Counted from the first letter of the stretch, positions 29,864 to 39,259 are shown. The stretch: 64,000 bases of DNA from an uncultured Gammaproteobacteria bacterium (GCA_965230935.1 OZ246400.1:438359-502358); one strand, 5' to 3'. The notes: generated by a model from the sequence alone, not told the origin. A program made the numbers and translations.

Positions 29864-32538
29864 CTATGTTTCTTCGTTCCTTTTTGATAATCAGTAGCAT
29901 CTTTATCTCGGGCATGGGATTATTTGTGTTTCCTACCACCACTTCTGCTGATCCAGCAACTCCTAAAATAACCAGTCAAGCACAGCATGACGGCTCAACT
30001 GTCTATAACTATACGTCGACCTGCGACAATGCCGATGCACTTATGACCAGTGCAAAAAACTCCGGTGGGGCGAAAAATTGGCTCAAGGCAAATTCAAAAT
30101 TCAAAGACGAGTACATCACCTCCAAACGTGGGATTATTGTTTCAGACGGTGTTTCCAACATTGATCGAATTTACATCTGGTGGCATGGCATTGATGGCTG
30201 GAACAACAGCCCGGAAAAAATGTGTAATGGTACAGTCTCATTGTGTAAGCATGCCAAAACCATTAAAGACGCCGGAGTTAATGCGGCAATCTTGACTCCC
30301 ATTACCGTCAATGCTGGATCAGGTTCTCAAGTACTCAAGCAACCGGAGATCGATTGTTTTATCAATGAGGCGCGAGAAATTTTGAAAAATGAAATCAACG
30401 TGACCGGTGGTGATAGCGCACCAATTCTCGTAAGCGGACATAGTGGTGGTGGTGAGTTTGTTATGGGGTACTCAAAACTGTACCCTACTTCGCAGGCGCT
30501 CTTTTTTGATGCCTGCTATGGCAATACCTGCAAAAAGACAGCGGCACTATCCAATGTATCTCACGCTTCCTTCTATGCCCGACCGGGAGGAAAAGAAGCA
30601 AAAGGTTCAAAAAAAGGATATGACGAAGCACCGGACAAAACCAAATTTGCTACGCTGAAAAGTGGAGTGAGTCACTATGGTGTGGTGAAATATTGTTTTG
30701 CCGAACATGTGGTAGGTGGGCTTTGTGAAAACAGGGTGAAAGAGGAAAAAATGTTAGGGGTCGATCCATCTGGCAATCCTGTTGGATCAGGGCCTGCATC
30801 TGATCCAGGGACACCACCGCCGCCCACCGAAGGGTGTGTCTGTACCGGTGAAGCATCGATTGCACCGGCACACGTTGCATTGCTCGCAGTCGCAGGGAAA
30901 GAAGTGGAGATAGAAAAAGGATGTACTGACGAGTTGCACGGCAACTACTCCAACGGGGCTTGTTCAAGTATCAACTTTCAAATATCAGCACTGAGCAACA
31001 CCCAATGTGCGCAAAAAAGTGCTGCCATTGCTCCAACAGTGATCTCGAAATACATTGGTGCCGATGCTTCTCAAGCACTTCAAGATGCCACAACAATCTC
31101 AACATCATGCACCTGGTCACCAGTACCAGGTGGAGCAGGGAGTGCAGGTGCAGGCACTTCAGGAGCAAGCGGCACCGGCTCAGGTGGGGCAACACTTGTC
31201 GAAGCTTCTGAACCAGCAAAACCACTCGCAATCGCACCTCAGCTAAACATTGATATTCCCGGTCTTGAGTTCACTGAAGTGAAAGGTCTGGCCGGGGGAA
31301 GCACAGTGAATGTTCCGTTTATTGGTCAATATGTTGTTGGAATATATGAATATGCAATTGGGGTAATCACGATCATTGCATTGGTTGTTGTTATTATTGC
31401 CGGTGCCCGATATACCCTGGCCGCAGGAAATGCCGCAGCTGTCAAGCAAGCCAAAGAAATGGTTGGTGGTGCAGTAGTTGGTGTGCTTATTGCATTTGGT
31501 TCATACAGTATTTTAGCGATTATTGATCCGGGAACACTTCGGTATGATCCGCTCGGTGTTCAAGTGGTCGAGCGTATTGAGATCGAATTTCCTGACGATG
31601 ATTTGCCAGAGGAGTATGCAGCTCTTGCAGAGAAAGATGTACAAGAAAAAATACAAGCAGTGGCACTCGGTGAGATACCTCCACAAAAAGGAACCTTTGC
31701 ACAAAAAAAATTCTATGACAAATGTGGCGATCCGGCCACGATGATTGCAATTGCCGATAAATTTTTGGCGCAACCACTCTGCCAAGGGCCATGTCACTGC
31801 GCACCAACCATTCAACGGTGGCTTATTCAAAGTGGATGTGATCCTGCTGCACTTAAGGGTGCCGGACTGGTACGAAAAATGAAAGGACTATTGTATGCCA
31901 TGACTCATCCTGACGGAAGTCCAATGTATGTTGAGCGTTCAGGAGATGATACCGCGAATCTCAGCCCAGGAGATATCTTGTTTATTAAAAATGGCCATGT
32001 CGGCATGTACTATGGAGATGGATATACTGTTGACTCCGGTACAGGTCGGCAAAATCAAAAAACCTGTTTTTCAGATGGGTGCCCACGAAAAATTTGGGAT
32101 TCATACGGCACATCCAAATGCACCTCTTGCGGATTGATCAAAAAACATACTCCAGCAGATTGGTATTGGGCACGGGGTCAACTACAAAAAGATCTTACCA
32201 GTGGAAATGTCACCAATAACATCTGTTACAAAATCTGGCACGGTACTGCTACCACAGCCGAACGAAAAGTTATCGGGGAAAAAGTACAACAGAAAGCCGA
32301 CAAAACCTCATACGCGAAAACAAAGGCAAAATATCAAGCACTTGCCACAACACTCCTAACCGGTGGCACACTTACCCAAGCAGATAAAAAAACCGCACTC
32401 AAGTTTGCACCGAGCTATTGTACCAGTTGTGTCGGCAACCAATGTATCGCAAAAAACAAATGGAAAGGCCGACCAAAGGGAAGCAAAAAATATGGCTATG
32501 ACACCTATGCAGACTACCAACCACCATCAGGAACGTAA
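29851..32538 (+). CDS. Secreted multi-domain hydrolase: N-terminal alpha/beta-hydrolase (esterase/lipase-like GHSGGG) domain, Gly/Ala/Ser linker, same 2-helix membrane-hairpin module, C-terminal CHAP/NlpC-P60-like cysteine peptidase
   Basis: signal peptide; WWHGIDGW + VSGHSGGG; hairpin LNIDIPGLEFT...LAAGN...IIDP (about 50% identical to neighbour); CHCAPTIQ ... GDILFIKNGHVGMYYGDG (Cys/His CHAP-like). Confidence 0.55.
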   Translation: MSNLTMFLRSFLIISSIFISGMGLFVFPTTTSADPATPKITSQAQHDGSTVYNYTSTCDNADALMTSAKNSGGAKNWLKANSKFKDEYITSKRGIIVSDGVSNIDRIYIWWHGIDGWNNSPEKMCNGTVSLCKHAKTIKDAGVNAAILTPITVNAGSGSQVLKQPEIDCFINEAREILKNEINVTGGDSAPILVSGHSGGGEFVMGYSKLYPTSQALFFDACYGNTCKKTAALSNVSHASFYARPGGKEAKGSKKGYDEAPDKTKFATLKSGVSHYGVVKYCFAEHVVGGLCENRVKEEKMLGVDPSGNPVGSGPASDPGTPPPPTEGCVCTGEASIAPAHVALLAVAGKEVEIEKGCTDELHGNYSNGACSSINFQISALSNTQCAQKSAAIAPTVISKYIGADASQALQDATTISTSCTWSPVPGGAGSAGAGTSGASGTGSGGATLVEASEPAKPLAIAPQLNIDIPGLEFTEVKGLAGGSTVNVPFIGQYVVGIYEYAIGVITIIALVVVIIAGARYTLAAGNAAAVKQAKEMVGGAVVGVLIAFGSYSILAIIDPGTLRYDPLGVQVVERIEIEFPDDDLPEEYAALAEKDVQEKIQAVALGEIPPQKGTFAQKKFYDKCGDPATMIAIADKFLAQPLCQGPCHCAPTIQRWLIQSGCDPAALKGAGLVRKMKGLLYAMTHPDGSPMYVERSGDDTANLSPGDILFIKNGHVGMYYGDGYTVDSGTGRQNQKTCFSDGCPRKIWDSYGTSKCTSCGLIKKHTPADWYWARGQLQKDLTSGNVTNNICYKIWHGTATTAERKVIGEKVQQKADKTSYAKTKAKYQALATTLLTGGTLTQADKKTALKFAPSYCTSCVGNQCIAKNKWKGRPKGSKKYGYDTYADYQPPSGT

Positions 32539-33586
32539 TTGGTTTAGCTCCATCGTAGCGTTTGTGGTGGTAATACTCTTTGGACTTTTTATTTTGTATT
32601 TTTACCTAAACATTACCCCACCAGGACCAACGACCCATCAACCTATCGCATTGGTTTCAAGCACAATCAACAGCGTAAAGTTTAATCCGGTTCATCGCAC
32701 CATCACCTATCGTGATACTGATGGTTTTCACCTGCTTGATATTCAACAAAAGAAGATGGGAGAATTGCCAATGCCTTTTTCGATCGACCCTGATGCAGAA
32801 TACATTTTTTCTCCAAACTACCACTTTGCTGCAGTAGTTGATAGTTCTCGTGATCTGTATCTGCGCGATCTGACCAATGGAGAACAGATGTGGTTGGGTA
32901 GCCAACCGACCAGTATTGACTGGGCAGTTGATGAATCCACATTACTTTATGCGCTTTTGGAAGAATCAGAAGATGATGAGGACACCACCGCCATAGAGTA
33001 TGTCCATGTGTTTGATACTGAAACACAAGAGGATACATTACTGCGAGAACTGCTTGTACGTGATGATGAATCAGTATCACTTGGCTACTCAGAGCGACCT
33101 AATCATATTATCTATTCTTCTGATGATGGAGATTTTGGGTATAGCTATTTCGAAGTCAATCTGAACGAACCCGATGATGAAGACGTCTATCTTGATGATC
33201 TCAACATCTATTCACTCAGTTACTCACCATCAAATCGTTATCTTATTTACCTTCCATTTACATTCGAACTCGATGAATCATACCGCATCAAAGATTTTAA
33301 AACCGGAGAGGAAAAAGAAGTCCCATTTGAATTTGAAGGGTATGATTGTACGTGGGACACTCGTGAAGAAAACATGTACTGTGTGGATTATTCTGATCCA
33401 AATAACCCTTTACTCCCGATTCAGCACTATAACTTACCGGCCGGCACATCTACGACAATCGCTCACCTGAATGCTGAAGATTACACTACCAATGGAGTAA
33501 TGATCAACGATGATCAGGAGCTCTTTTTCATGAATCTCAACGACAACAGACTCTACGGTATGCAACTCTCAGGTGTGGTAAGATAG
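32492..33586 (+). CDS. TM-anchored PD40-like beta-propeller repeat protein (paralog 2)
   Basis: same architecture as 26373 gene (TM then SIDPDAEYIFSPNYHF / SLSYSPSNRYLIY blades); start chosen at ATG 32492 with AAGGGAAG SD (listed 32363 start overlaps upstream gene by 175 nt). Confidence 0.45.
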   Translation: MAMTPMQTTNHHQERNWFSSIVAFVVVILFGLFILYFYLNITPPGPTTHQPIALVSSTINSVKFNPVHRTITYRDTDGFHLLDIQQKKMGELPMPFSIDPDAEYIFSPNYHFAAVVDSSRDLYLRDLTNGEQMWLGSQPTSIDWAVDESTLLYALLEESEDDEDTTAIEYVHVFDTETQEDTLLRELLVRDDESVSLGYSERPNHIIYSSDDGDFGYSYFEVNLNEPDDEDVYLDDLNIYSLSYSPSNRYLIYLPFTFELDESYRIKDFKTGEEKEVPFEFEGYDCTWDTREENMYCVDYSDPNNPLLPIQHYNLPAGTSTTIAHLNAEDYTTNGVMINDDQELFFMNLNDNRLYGMQLSGVVR

Positions 33587-33610
33587 GACAACCATCCTAA
33601 ATACAATCAC

Positions 33611-34933
33611 ATGCCAAAACCAAAACTCATATTTTCGTGCTCATATTGCGACGCACAATTTCCTAAATGGATTGGGCGCTGCGAACAATGCGGTAAGTGG
33701 GGCACCATCAATAGTACACCCACTCCCCCGCCAGCATCGAGCCCGTTACCAACCACAGCTACTGTAGCTGCTAAAAAACCAACCAGCCTTACTACGGTGA
33801 CAGACACACATGTCGAACGTATCAGCAGCGGACATACGCAAATTGATGAAGTGCTTGGTGGTGGTTTTGTCGCTGGATCATTAACGCTGCTGGGTGGCGA
33901 TCCGGGAGTTGGTAAATCAACCTTAGCTCTAGCAATCAGTGCGCATATACCCAACTCACTCTATATTTCCGCAGAAGAATCACTTGCACAAATCAGTCTG
34001 CGGGCAAAACGACTCGGAGTCACTACATTATCACTCCTCCACGAGACACAGTGTGAGACACTTGTCGCAACCATTGCCAAAGAACAACCACCATTGGCGA
34101 TTATTGATTCTATTCAAACAATTTCGTCACGTGCTGCCAGTGGCGAGGTTGGGAGTGTTTCGCAAATTAAAGCATGCACTGCGCAAATTCTTGAGATAGC
34201 AAAGCGTACCGGTGTTGCCGTACTCCTGATTGGTCATGTGACCAAAGATGGTGCCGTAGCAGGACCAAAAACATTAGAACATTTGGTTGATACCGTACTG
34301 TACCTCGAAGGTGATGAGCAGCGTGATGTTCGTATTTTGCGCAGTACCAAACACCGATTCGGAGCAACTGACACCATTGGTATTTTTGCCATGCAAGAAA
34401 ACGGTTTACAGCCGATACTCAATCCTACCGCTGCATTTTTACCAGATCAACGAGCACACACTCCAGGTGTTGTGTTAAGTGTCACCATGGATGGTAAACA
34501 ACCACTGGTAATTGAGGTACAAGCACTTACTACCAAAACCACATTTGGGTACCCCCAACGACGAGTCAGTGGCTGCGATCTCAATCGATTGCAAGTACTC
34601 TTGGCTGTACTCATTGAACGAGCCAAGCTTCCGCTTGCTCAATATGACGTGCACGTCAATATTGTTGGTGGAATCACGGTAAAAGAACCAGCGGTTGATC
34701 TAGCGATTGCACTTGCGATTATCAGCAGCCTCAAAAATATCGCGCTACCACGTGACACCGTAGCATTTGGAGAAGTTGGATTGGGTGGCGAAATTCGACC
34801 AATACGATATCTGGAAAAACGAATTGCAGAATCAACAAAAATGGGATTTGGAACTATCTTTTCTCCTCAACACTCCCTCCCTGCAAAAACTACTCAGCTG
34901 CTCACCATTACGGACGCATTGAATCATCTCTAA
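33611..34933 (+). CDS. radA: DNA repair protein RadA (Sms)
   Basis: N-terminal zinc finger CSYCDAQFPKWIGRCEQCGKW, GDPGVGKST Walker A, KNRFG, Lon-like C-domain; 440 aa. Confidence 0.9.
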   Translation: MPKPKLIFSCSYCDAQFPKWIGRCEQCGKWGTINSTPTPPPASSPLPTTATVAAKKPTSLTTVTDTHVERISSGHTQIDEVLGGGFVAGSLTLLGGDPGVGKSTLALAISAHIPNSLYISAEESLAQISLRAKRLGVTTLSLLHETQCETLVATIAKEQPPLAIIDSIQTISSRAASGEVGSVSQIKACTAQILEIAKRTGVAVLLIGHVTKDGAVAGPKTLEHLVDTVLYLEGDEQRDVRILRSTKHRFGATDTIGIFAMQENGLQPILNPTAAFLPDQRAHTPGVVLSVTMDGKQPLVIEVQALTTKTTFGYPQRRVSGCDLNRLQVLLAVLIERAKLPLAQYDVHVNIVGGITVKEPAVDLAIALAIISSLKNIALPRDTVAFGEVGLGGEIRPIRYLEKRIAESTKMGFGTIFSPQHSLPAKTTQLLTITDALNHL

Positions 34934-34994
34934 AATCAAAACGACCCGACTGTTTGTCGAGCCATCCTGGTTGTGTTGTGTAATGTAGTGCGGC

Positions 34995-35294
34995 TTACCG
35001 CGTGCGGGCGCGGGTGCCGGACTTGATTCCCTGACCAGCGTGAAGCGTGTCGGTCAGGTTGTACCCGGCGAGCTGTGGGAACCGATCGGTGTACTGCTTG
35101 GCCACCAGAGTACGGCGCTCCAGTGGAGCCCGACGCACCTGCGAGCGTGCCAGCAGAGCCGCGGCCTTGACTCGGCCGTTGTCGATCTCGCGCCTGATGG
35201 CGCCACCCATGGCAATCACGGTCTGTGTATTGCCACCGACACGCTGCTCACGGGTGAGCCGCTCGTCTACCGGTAGTGGGATACGTGCTCCCAT
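34995..35294 (-). CDS. High-GC small basic protein B (100 aa) of a two-gene overlapping cassette
   Basis: MGARIPLPVDERLTREQRVGG...; ATG overlaps upstream stop (TGATG); downstream CA-rich tract ACACAACACAACCAGG + hairpin + T-run. Confidence 0.4.
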   Translation of the reverse strand: MGARIPLPVDERLTREQRVGGNTQTVIAMGGAIRREIDNGRVKAAALLARSQVRRAPLERRTLVAKQYTDRFPQLAGYNLTDTLHAGQGIKSGTRARTR

Positions 35295-35551
35295 CAGATC
35301 TTCCCCCTCATGCGTCGACGCCCAGCGCGACCGGCCTGTACTGGTGCCGGCGGCGCCATGCGCTGCAGGTGCCGCTCCAGCCGATCGGCCTCGCGATCGT
35401 TGCCGCACGCCCGAAGCCGCTCGATCACCGCGTTCCCCGAGACACGCTCGGTACGCAGCGACATCGCCGAAGGGAGCGATCGTGGCGCCTCCCCATGTGC
35501 CGCGCCTCCAGCAACTGGACCGCGGCTATGCCCAATGGATTCTTCACCCAT
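35294..35551 (-). CDS. High-GC small protein A (85 aa) of two-gene cassette; possible TA/regulatory pair (unassigned)
   Basis: ATG 35551 with GAGGAG SD 9 nt upstream; MGEESIGHSRGPVAGG...RLERHLQRM; GC-rich. Confidence 0.4.
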   Translation of the reverse strand: MGEESIGHSRGPVAGGAAHGEAPRSLPSAMSLRTERVSGNAVIERLRACGNDREADRLERHLQRMAPPAPVQAGRAGRRRMRGKI

Positions 35552-35671
35552 GGTTGTTTCTCTCCTCTTACTCTTTTTGATGTAAAGACTTCATGTCTAA
35601 ACGAAAACAGCGAGCGTTCCTCATGTAACCCGCTGGAAAAAGTATACTAATATTATAAAAAAAGTCAAGTA

Positions 35672-37744
35672 TCACTCCAAATGAATATTAACGTGGATAT
35701 TGCCAAAGTGTGTTGTACCCATGCGCCCTAAATCCCAGCCAGAAGCATGCATTTTTTGAGCAATCTCTTGAGTAAGTTCAAGTAATACCATATCTGAAAG
35801 CCGCGCAATGGTAAATTGCAAAAAACCACTTTGCGCCTTGCCATATACCTCCCCAGGACCACGCGTTGCTAAATCATGTTGAGCAAGCGCAAATCCATCC
35901 AAGGTTTGTTCAAAAAAACTCAATCGCTCAAGTGCGGCAGCCTGCGCAGCATCTGCATCTACAAAACAATACGATTGATGTTCTCCTCTGCCAACACGTC
36001 CGCGAAACTGATGGAGTTGCGCTAAACCAAACCGATGCGCGTCCTCAATAACCATTACGGTTGCATTTGGAATATCAACTCCCACTTCAATAACTGAGGT
36101 TGAAACTAACATGTCTGTTTCCCCAGAAGCAAACGTGTCCATGATTTGTTGCTTCTGATCACTTTTCATTTTCCCATGCAACATTACCACACGATACTGG
36201 GCAAATTCTTGCTGGAGCTTTTCAAATTCAGCAGTTACTGATTTTACCTCTAGTGAATCTGATTCATCAATCAGCGGACAAATCACAAATGCTTGTCGTC
36301 CGGTATTAAGTTGTTTGCGAATAAACTGATATGCTTTGGTACGATTCTTTTGGGTAAGTATGCGAGTAATAATTGGTTTGCGTCCAGCTGGCAATGTGCC
36401 AATAACTGACACTTCAAGATCACCGTACAGCAAAAGAGCAAAAGATCGTGGGATTGGCGTAGCAGTTAATGACAAAAAGTGAGGTGTTACGCCTAAACTT
36501 TTCTGCAGGAGTGCTTGCCGTTGATTCACCCCAAATCGATGCTGCTCATCAACAATGGTTAACGCCACCTCTGGCATCACGACGTCTGGTTGGAGCACGG
36601 CGTGGGTTCCGATCACAATATCGACTTTACCTTGTGCAATAGCTTTTTTTAGTGATGCCTTGGTACGTTTATGATCTGTTGTGCCGTCGTAGCAATATGC
36701 ATGCGCACTACTTAAGAAAGCGACGGAGACCGGAAATGAGGCAAACAATTTTTGAAACGAGACATAGTGTTGTCGTGCAAGCACTTCGGTTGGCGCCATT
36801 ACCATGACCCGCTTTTCATTGGTAATGGCATGCCAACTTGCCAGCGCTGCAACAACGGTTTTCCCAGAACCAACATCACCTTGGACCAGTCGCCGCATGG
36901 GAGCGGACTCCTGCATTTGCTGGATGATTTTCCAGGCTGTTTTTTTCTGATCCGCGGTAAGAGTAAAAGGAAGTGCATCAACAAATGCCTTAATCCTTGA
37001 CTCATCAAATGCAAGTGGAATGGCTTTTGCCGATTGATAGGTCTGTGCATTGATAATTGACGAAAAGAGAATGGGAAACAACTCTTCAAAACCAAGACGT
37101 CGCCGCGCCGCTTCAAGTTCTGATTGATCCTTTGGAAAATGAATCGTACGCAGCGCGTCTTGTAATGAGATAAGTTTGTGCTGAGTACGAATGTGCCCAG
37201 GCAACCAATCATCAATTTGGTCGATTGCTGATAATGATTGTGTTACTAAATATCGGAGGTGTTTAACAGTCACCCCAGCAGTGGTTGAATAAACCGGAAC
37301 CAGACGGCCAGTATGAGCACCTGTTTTTCCAGGCTGCATCTTTTCGTATTGGGGAGCGCTAAAGAGTAGACCGATAGAATCTTCTCTCACCTTTCCGGCA
37401 ACGGCAATCGCATCTCCTTGAGTAATACTGCGGCTTAAGTACGGCTGGTTAAACCAAAAGATTCGTATACTTCCGGTATCATCCTCAAGTAATGCCTCGG
37501 TGACACTCTTACGAGATCGCCAGCCGCGTCGATTTTGGATCATCATCACCTTACCAGTGACGGTCACCACTTGGTCCTGTTTCAGAGTATCGATCGAAAC
37601 CGTGTTTTGAAAATCATCGTAGCGATACGGTAAATAATAGATAAGGTCTTCAACCGTATGCAAACCCAAATATCCCAAGCGTTTGACCAAGGTTTTACCT
37701 ACAGTTTTAAGTTCTCCAACCGGAGTATCAAGACGAATACTCAT
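35672..37744 (-). CDS. recG: ATP-dependent DNA helicase RecG
   Basis: wedge/OB N-domain, GDVGSGKT Walker A, DEQH box, TATPIPR, QLHQFRGRVGRG; 690 aa. Confidence 0.9.
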   Translation of the reverse strand: MSIRLDTPVGELKTVGKTLVKRLGYLGLHTVEDLIYYLPYRYDDFQNTVSIDTLKQDQVVTVTGKVMMIQNRRGWRSRKSVTEALLEDDTGSIRIFWFNQPYLSRSITQGDAIAVAGKVREDSIGLLFSAPQYEKMQPGKTGAHTGRLVPVYSTTAGVTVKHLRYLVTQSLSAIDQIDDWLPGHIRTQHKLISLQDALRTIHFPKDQSELEAARRRLGFEELFPILFSSIINAQTYQSAKAIPLAFDESRIKAFVDALPFTLTADQKKTAWKIIQQMQESAPMRRLVQGDVGSGKTVVAALASWHAITNEKRVMVMAPTEVLARQHYVSFQKLFASFPVSVAFLSSAHAYCYDGTTDHKRTKASLKKAIAQGKVDIVIGTHAVLQPDVVMPEVALTIVDEQHRFGVNQRQALLQKSLGVTPHFLSLTATPIPRSFALLLYGDLEVSVIGTLPAGRKPIITRILTQKNRTKAYQFIRKQLNTGRQAFVICPLIDESDSLEVKSVTAEFEKLQQEFAQYRVVMLHGKMKSDQKQQIMDTFASGETDMLVSTSVIEVGVDIPNATVMVIEDAHRFGLAQLHQFRGRVGRGEHQSYCFVDADAAQAAALERLSFFEQTLDGFALAQHDLATRGPGEVYGKAQSGFLQFTIARLSDMVLLELTQEIAQKMHASGWDLGRMGTTHFGNIHVNIHLE

Positions 37745-37776
37745 AGTGAGGGTATTGTAGCATAGCCAGTATATTC

Positions 37777-37805
37777 ATTGACAAGAACGTGTCTGTCTCC
37801 TATAC
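37777..37805 (+). promoter_or_regulatory. Sigma70-like promoter TTGACA-17-TATACT driving tRNA-Arg
   Basis: TTGACA 37777..37782, TATACT 37800..37805, tRNA starts 37818. Confidence 0.45.
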
Positions 37806-37817
37806 TATTGCTGCATT

Positions 37818-37889
37818 GCTCTCGTCGTTCAACGGATAGGACGCCAGTTTGCGGAACTGGTAATGTAGGTTCGATTCCTGCCGAGAGCA
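37818..37889 (+). tRNA. tRNA-Arg (anticodon GCG by manual fold)
   Basis: acceptor GCTCTCG/CGAGAGC, anticodon stem CCAGT/ACTGG loop TTGCGGA, T-arm GTAGG-TTCGATT-CCTGC, discriminator A. Confidence 0.7.
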
Positions 37890-37896
37890 CATCATA

Positions 37897-38028
37897 AAAA
37901 TACTCATTAAGATACGTTCGTCCCGCCAGCGCGAGACTTCACTATGCATTCGGCAAATCGCTGCACTTCGTGCAGACCATGCCGATTTGTCTCATGAATA
38001 TCTTAATGAGTATTTTTTATTCCGTAAT
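37897..38028 (+). ncRNA. Structured RNA-like element: 19-bp perfect terminal inverted repeat (AAAAATACTCATTAAGATA / TATCTTAATGAGTATTTTT) enclosing nested stems including CTGCAC-UUCG-GUGCAG tetraloop hairpin, followed by U-run; function unknown (tRNA 3' trailer/terminator, sRNA, or MITE-like)
   Basis: inverted repeats 37897..37915 and 38008..38028; inner GGCAAATCG/CGATTTGTC and GAGAC/GTCTC pairings; UUCG loop only on + strand. Confidence 0.35.
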
Positions 38029-38043
38029 AAGCTCTTCGAGACG

Positions 38044-38553
38044 CTAAATACGTAGCCACTGGCCAAAACGATCTGAAAATGGCATTTTTTGCTCTTCTGG
38101 GTCGTGCTCAATATAAAACGCAAGTAACGCACGAACATCATCTATTCCCTCACGAGCCATTGGCACGGCAATACGAGGACGTACGACATTGGTAAAATCA
38201 ACATACACAATCGCATCCTCCGGATGCGTCACGATCCAAAATCGCTCAATGTTTTGAAATGGAAAAAAGGTATCCTCAAGAACCAACCCTTTATTACTAA
38301 CGCCAAAAAACACCTGACGTGGTTCTTTAACTTCATGAAACGCAACAATAATAGCAACAAAAATAGTTACCACCGCAAAAAAGTAATTTTGATCAGCAAG
38401 CGCATAAATCAACAACGCCAATACCAGCAATCCTGCACCAATATACCACCACCGATTACGATCATGTTTATGAAATTCAGGAATCTGCCATCCGGCCAAC
38501 ATGTCATCCTCTGCAACCCCTTTGGGGAGGATAATCTCTATTTGGTCTGCCAT
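38044..38553 (-). CDS. Hypothetical membrane protein (2 TM then soluble domain)
   Basis: start reassigned to MADQIEIILPKG (38553) because listed N-extension overlaps upstream gene; WWYIGAGLLVLALLIYALADQNYFFAVVTIFVAIIVAF TMs. Confidence 0.45.
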   Translation of the reverse strand: MADQIEIILPKGVAEDDMLAGWQIPEFHKHDRNRWWYIGAGLLVLALLIYALADQNYFFAVVTIFVAIIVAFHEVKEPRQVFFGVSNKGLVLEDTFFPFQNIERFWIVTHPEDAIVYVDFTNVVRPRIAVPMAREGIDDVRALLAFYIEHDPEEQKMPFSDRFGQWLRI

Positions 38554-38647
38554 ATGCTTATAGTATACCATTGCTGATACGGCACAACAATATACAACGA
38601 ACAAACCCAGCCTACCGGCCGGGTTTGTGATTGTATGAAACTTTTTT

Positions 38648-39208
38648 CTATGAACTCGCTGCCCTGGACTCAAAAAATAATTTTGCCTGAACAAATGCCG
38701 CCACCACTTGGATAGAAAACATCAAAAGAAATAACGTGGTAAACCCCCATTGATTAACAATAAATGTTCCGATGAACACTGCGAATCCTACCACAATCAT
38801 TGTCCCACCATTATCCAGACCCCATTGTAAGCCTGCGTTATCCTTCTGGATGTACTGAGCATACAACGCATTTAATGGTGCTGAAAGACATGCAACTGCT
38901 AATGCAAAAAGGATTTGAAGTAAAAATAACTGCCAAGGATTCTGTATCACCAAATACCCTAAACTCCCAAGTGCATAAAGAAGATACCCAATCACAGTAA
39001 TCAATTCCTTATTAAGACTGTCAGAGATTTTTCCAATGACTATCATTAAGACACCTGCCGCCAAACTAAACACGGCTGTGGTGTATCCAATGTCTAAAAT
39101 ACTCCCCCCTATTTGTTCTACAAAAACTGCGTAAAAAGGCCCGATGAGATTCCCACCAAGATTTGCAATCAAACCTGCCAAAAGCAGTATCTTATATTCT
39201 CTTCTCAT
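38648..39208 (-). CDS. 6-TM protein resembling one half of an MFS transporter (possible truncated/half transporter)
   Basis: 186 aa, six hydrophobic helices with MFS-like short loops; no partner half nearby. Confidence 0.4.
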   Translation of the reverse strand: MRREYKILLLAGLIANLGGNLIGPFYAVFVEQIGGSILDIGYTTAVFSLAAGVLMIVIGKISDSLNKELITVIGYLLYALGSLGYLVIQNPWQLFLLQILFALAVACLSAPLNALYAQYIQKDNAGLQWGLDNGGTMIVVGFAVFIGTFIVNQWGFTTLFLLMFSIQVVAAFVQAKLFFESRAASS

Positions 39209-39259
39209 ACTCTATACTTATACGAAGAGATGTGATTTAAACCTAATTTACATTACAAC

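Noticed and set aside
38044-38694. Listed 216-aa ORF with N-terminal extension
   Set aside because: First 47 codons overlap the upstream 6-TM gene; internal ATG at 38553 (MADQIEIILPKG) gives a non-overlapping gene
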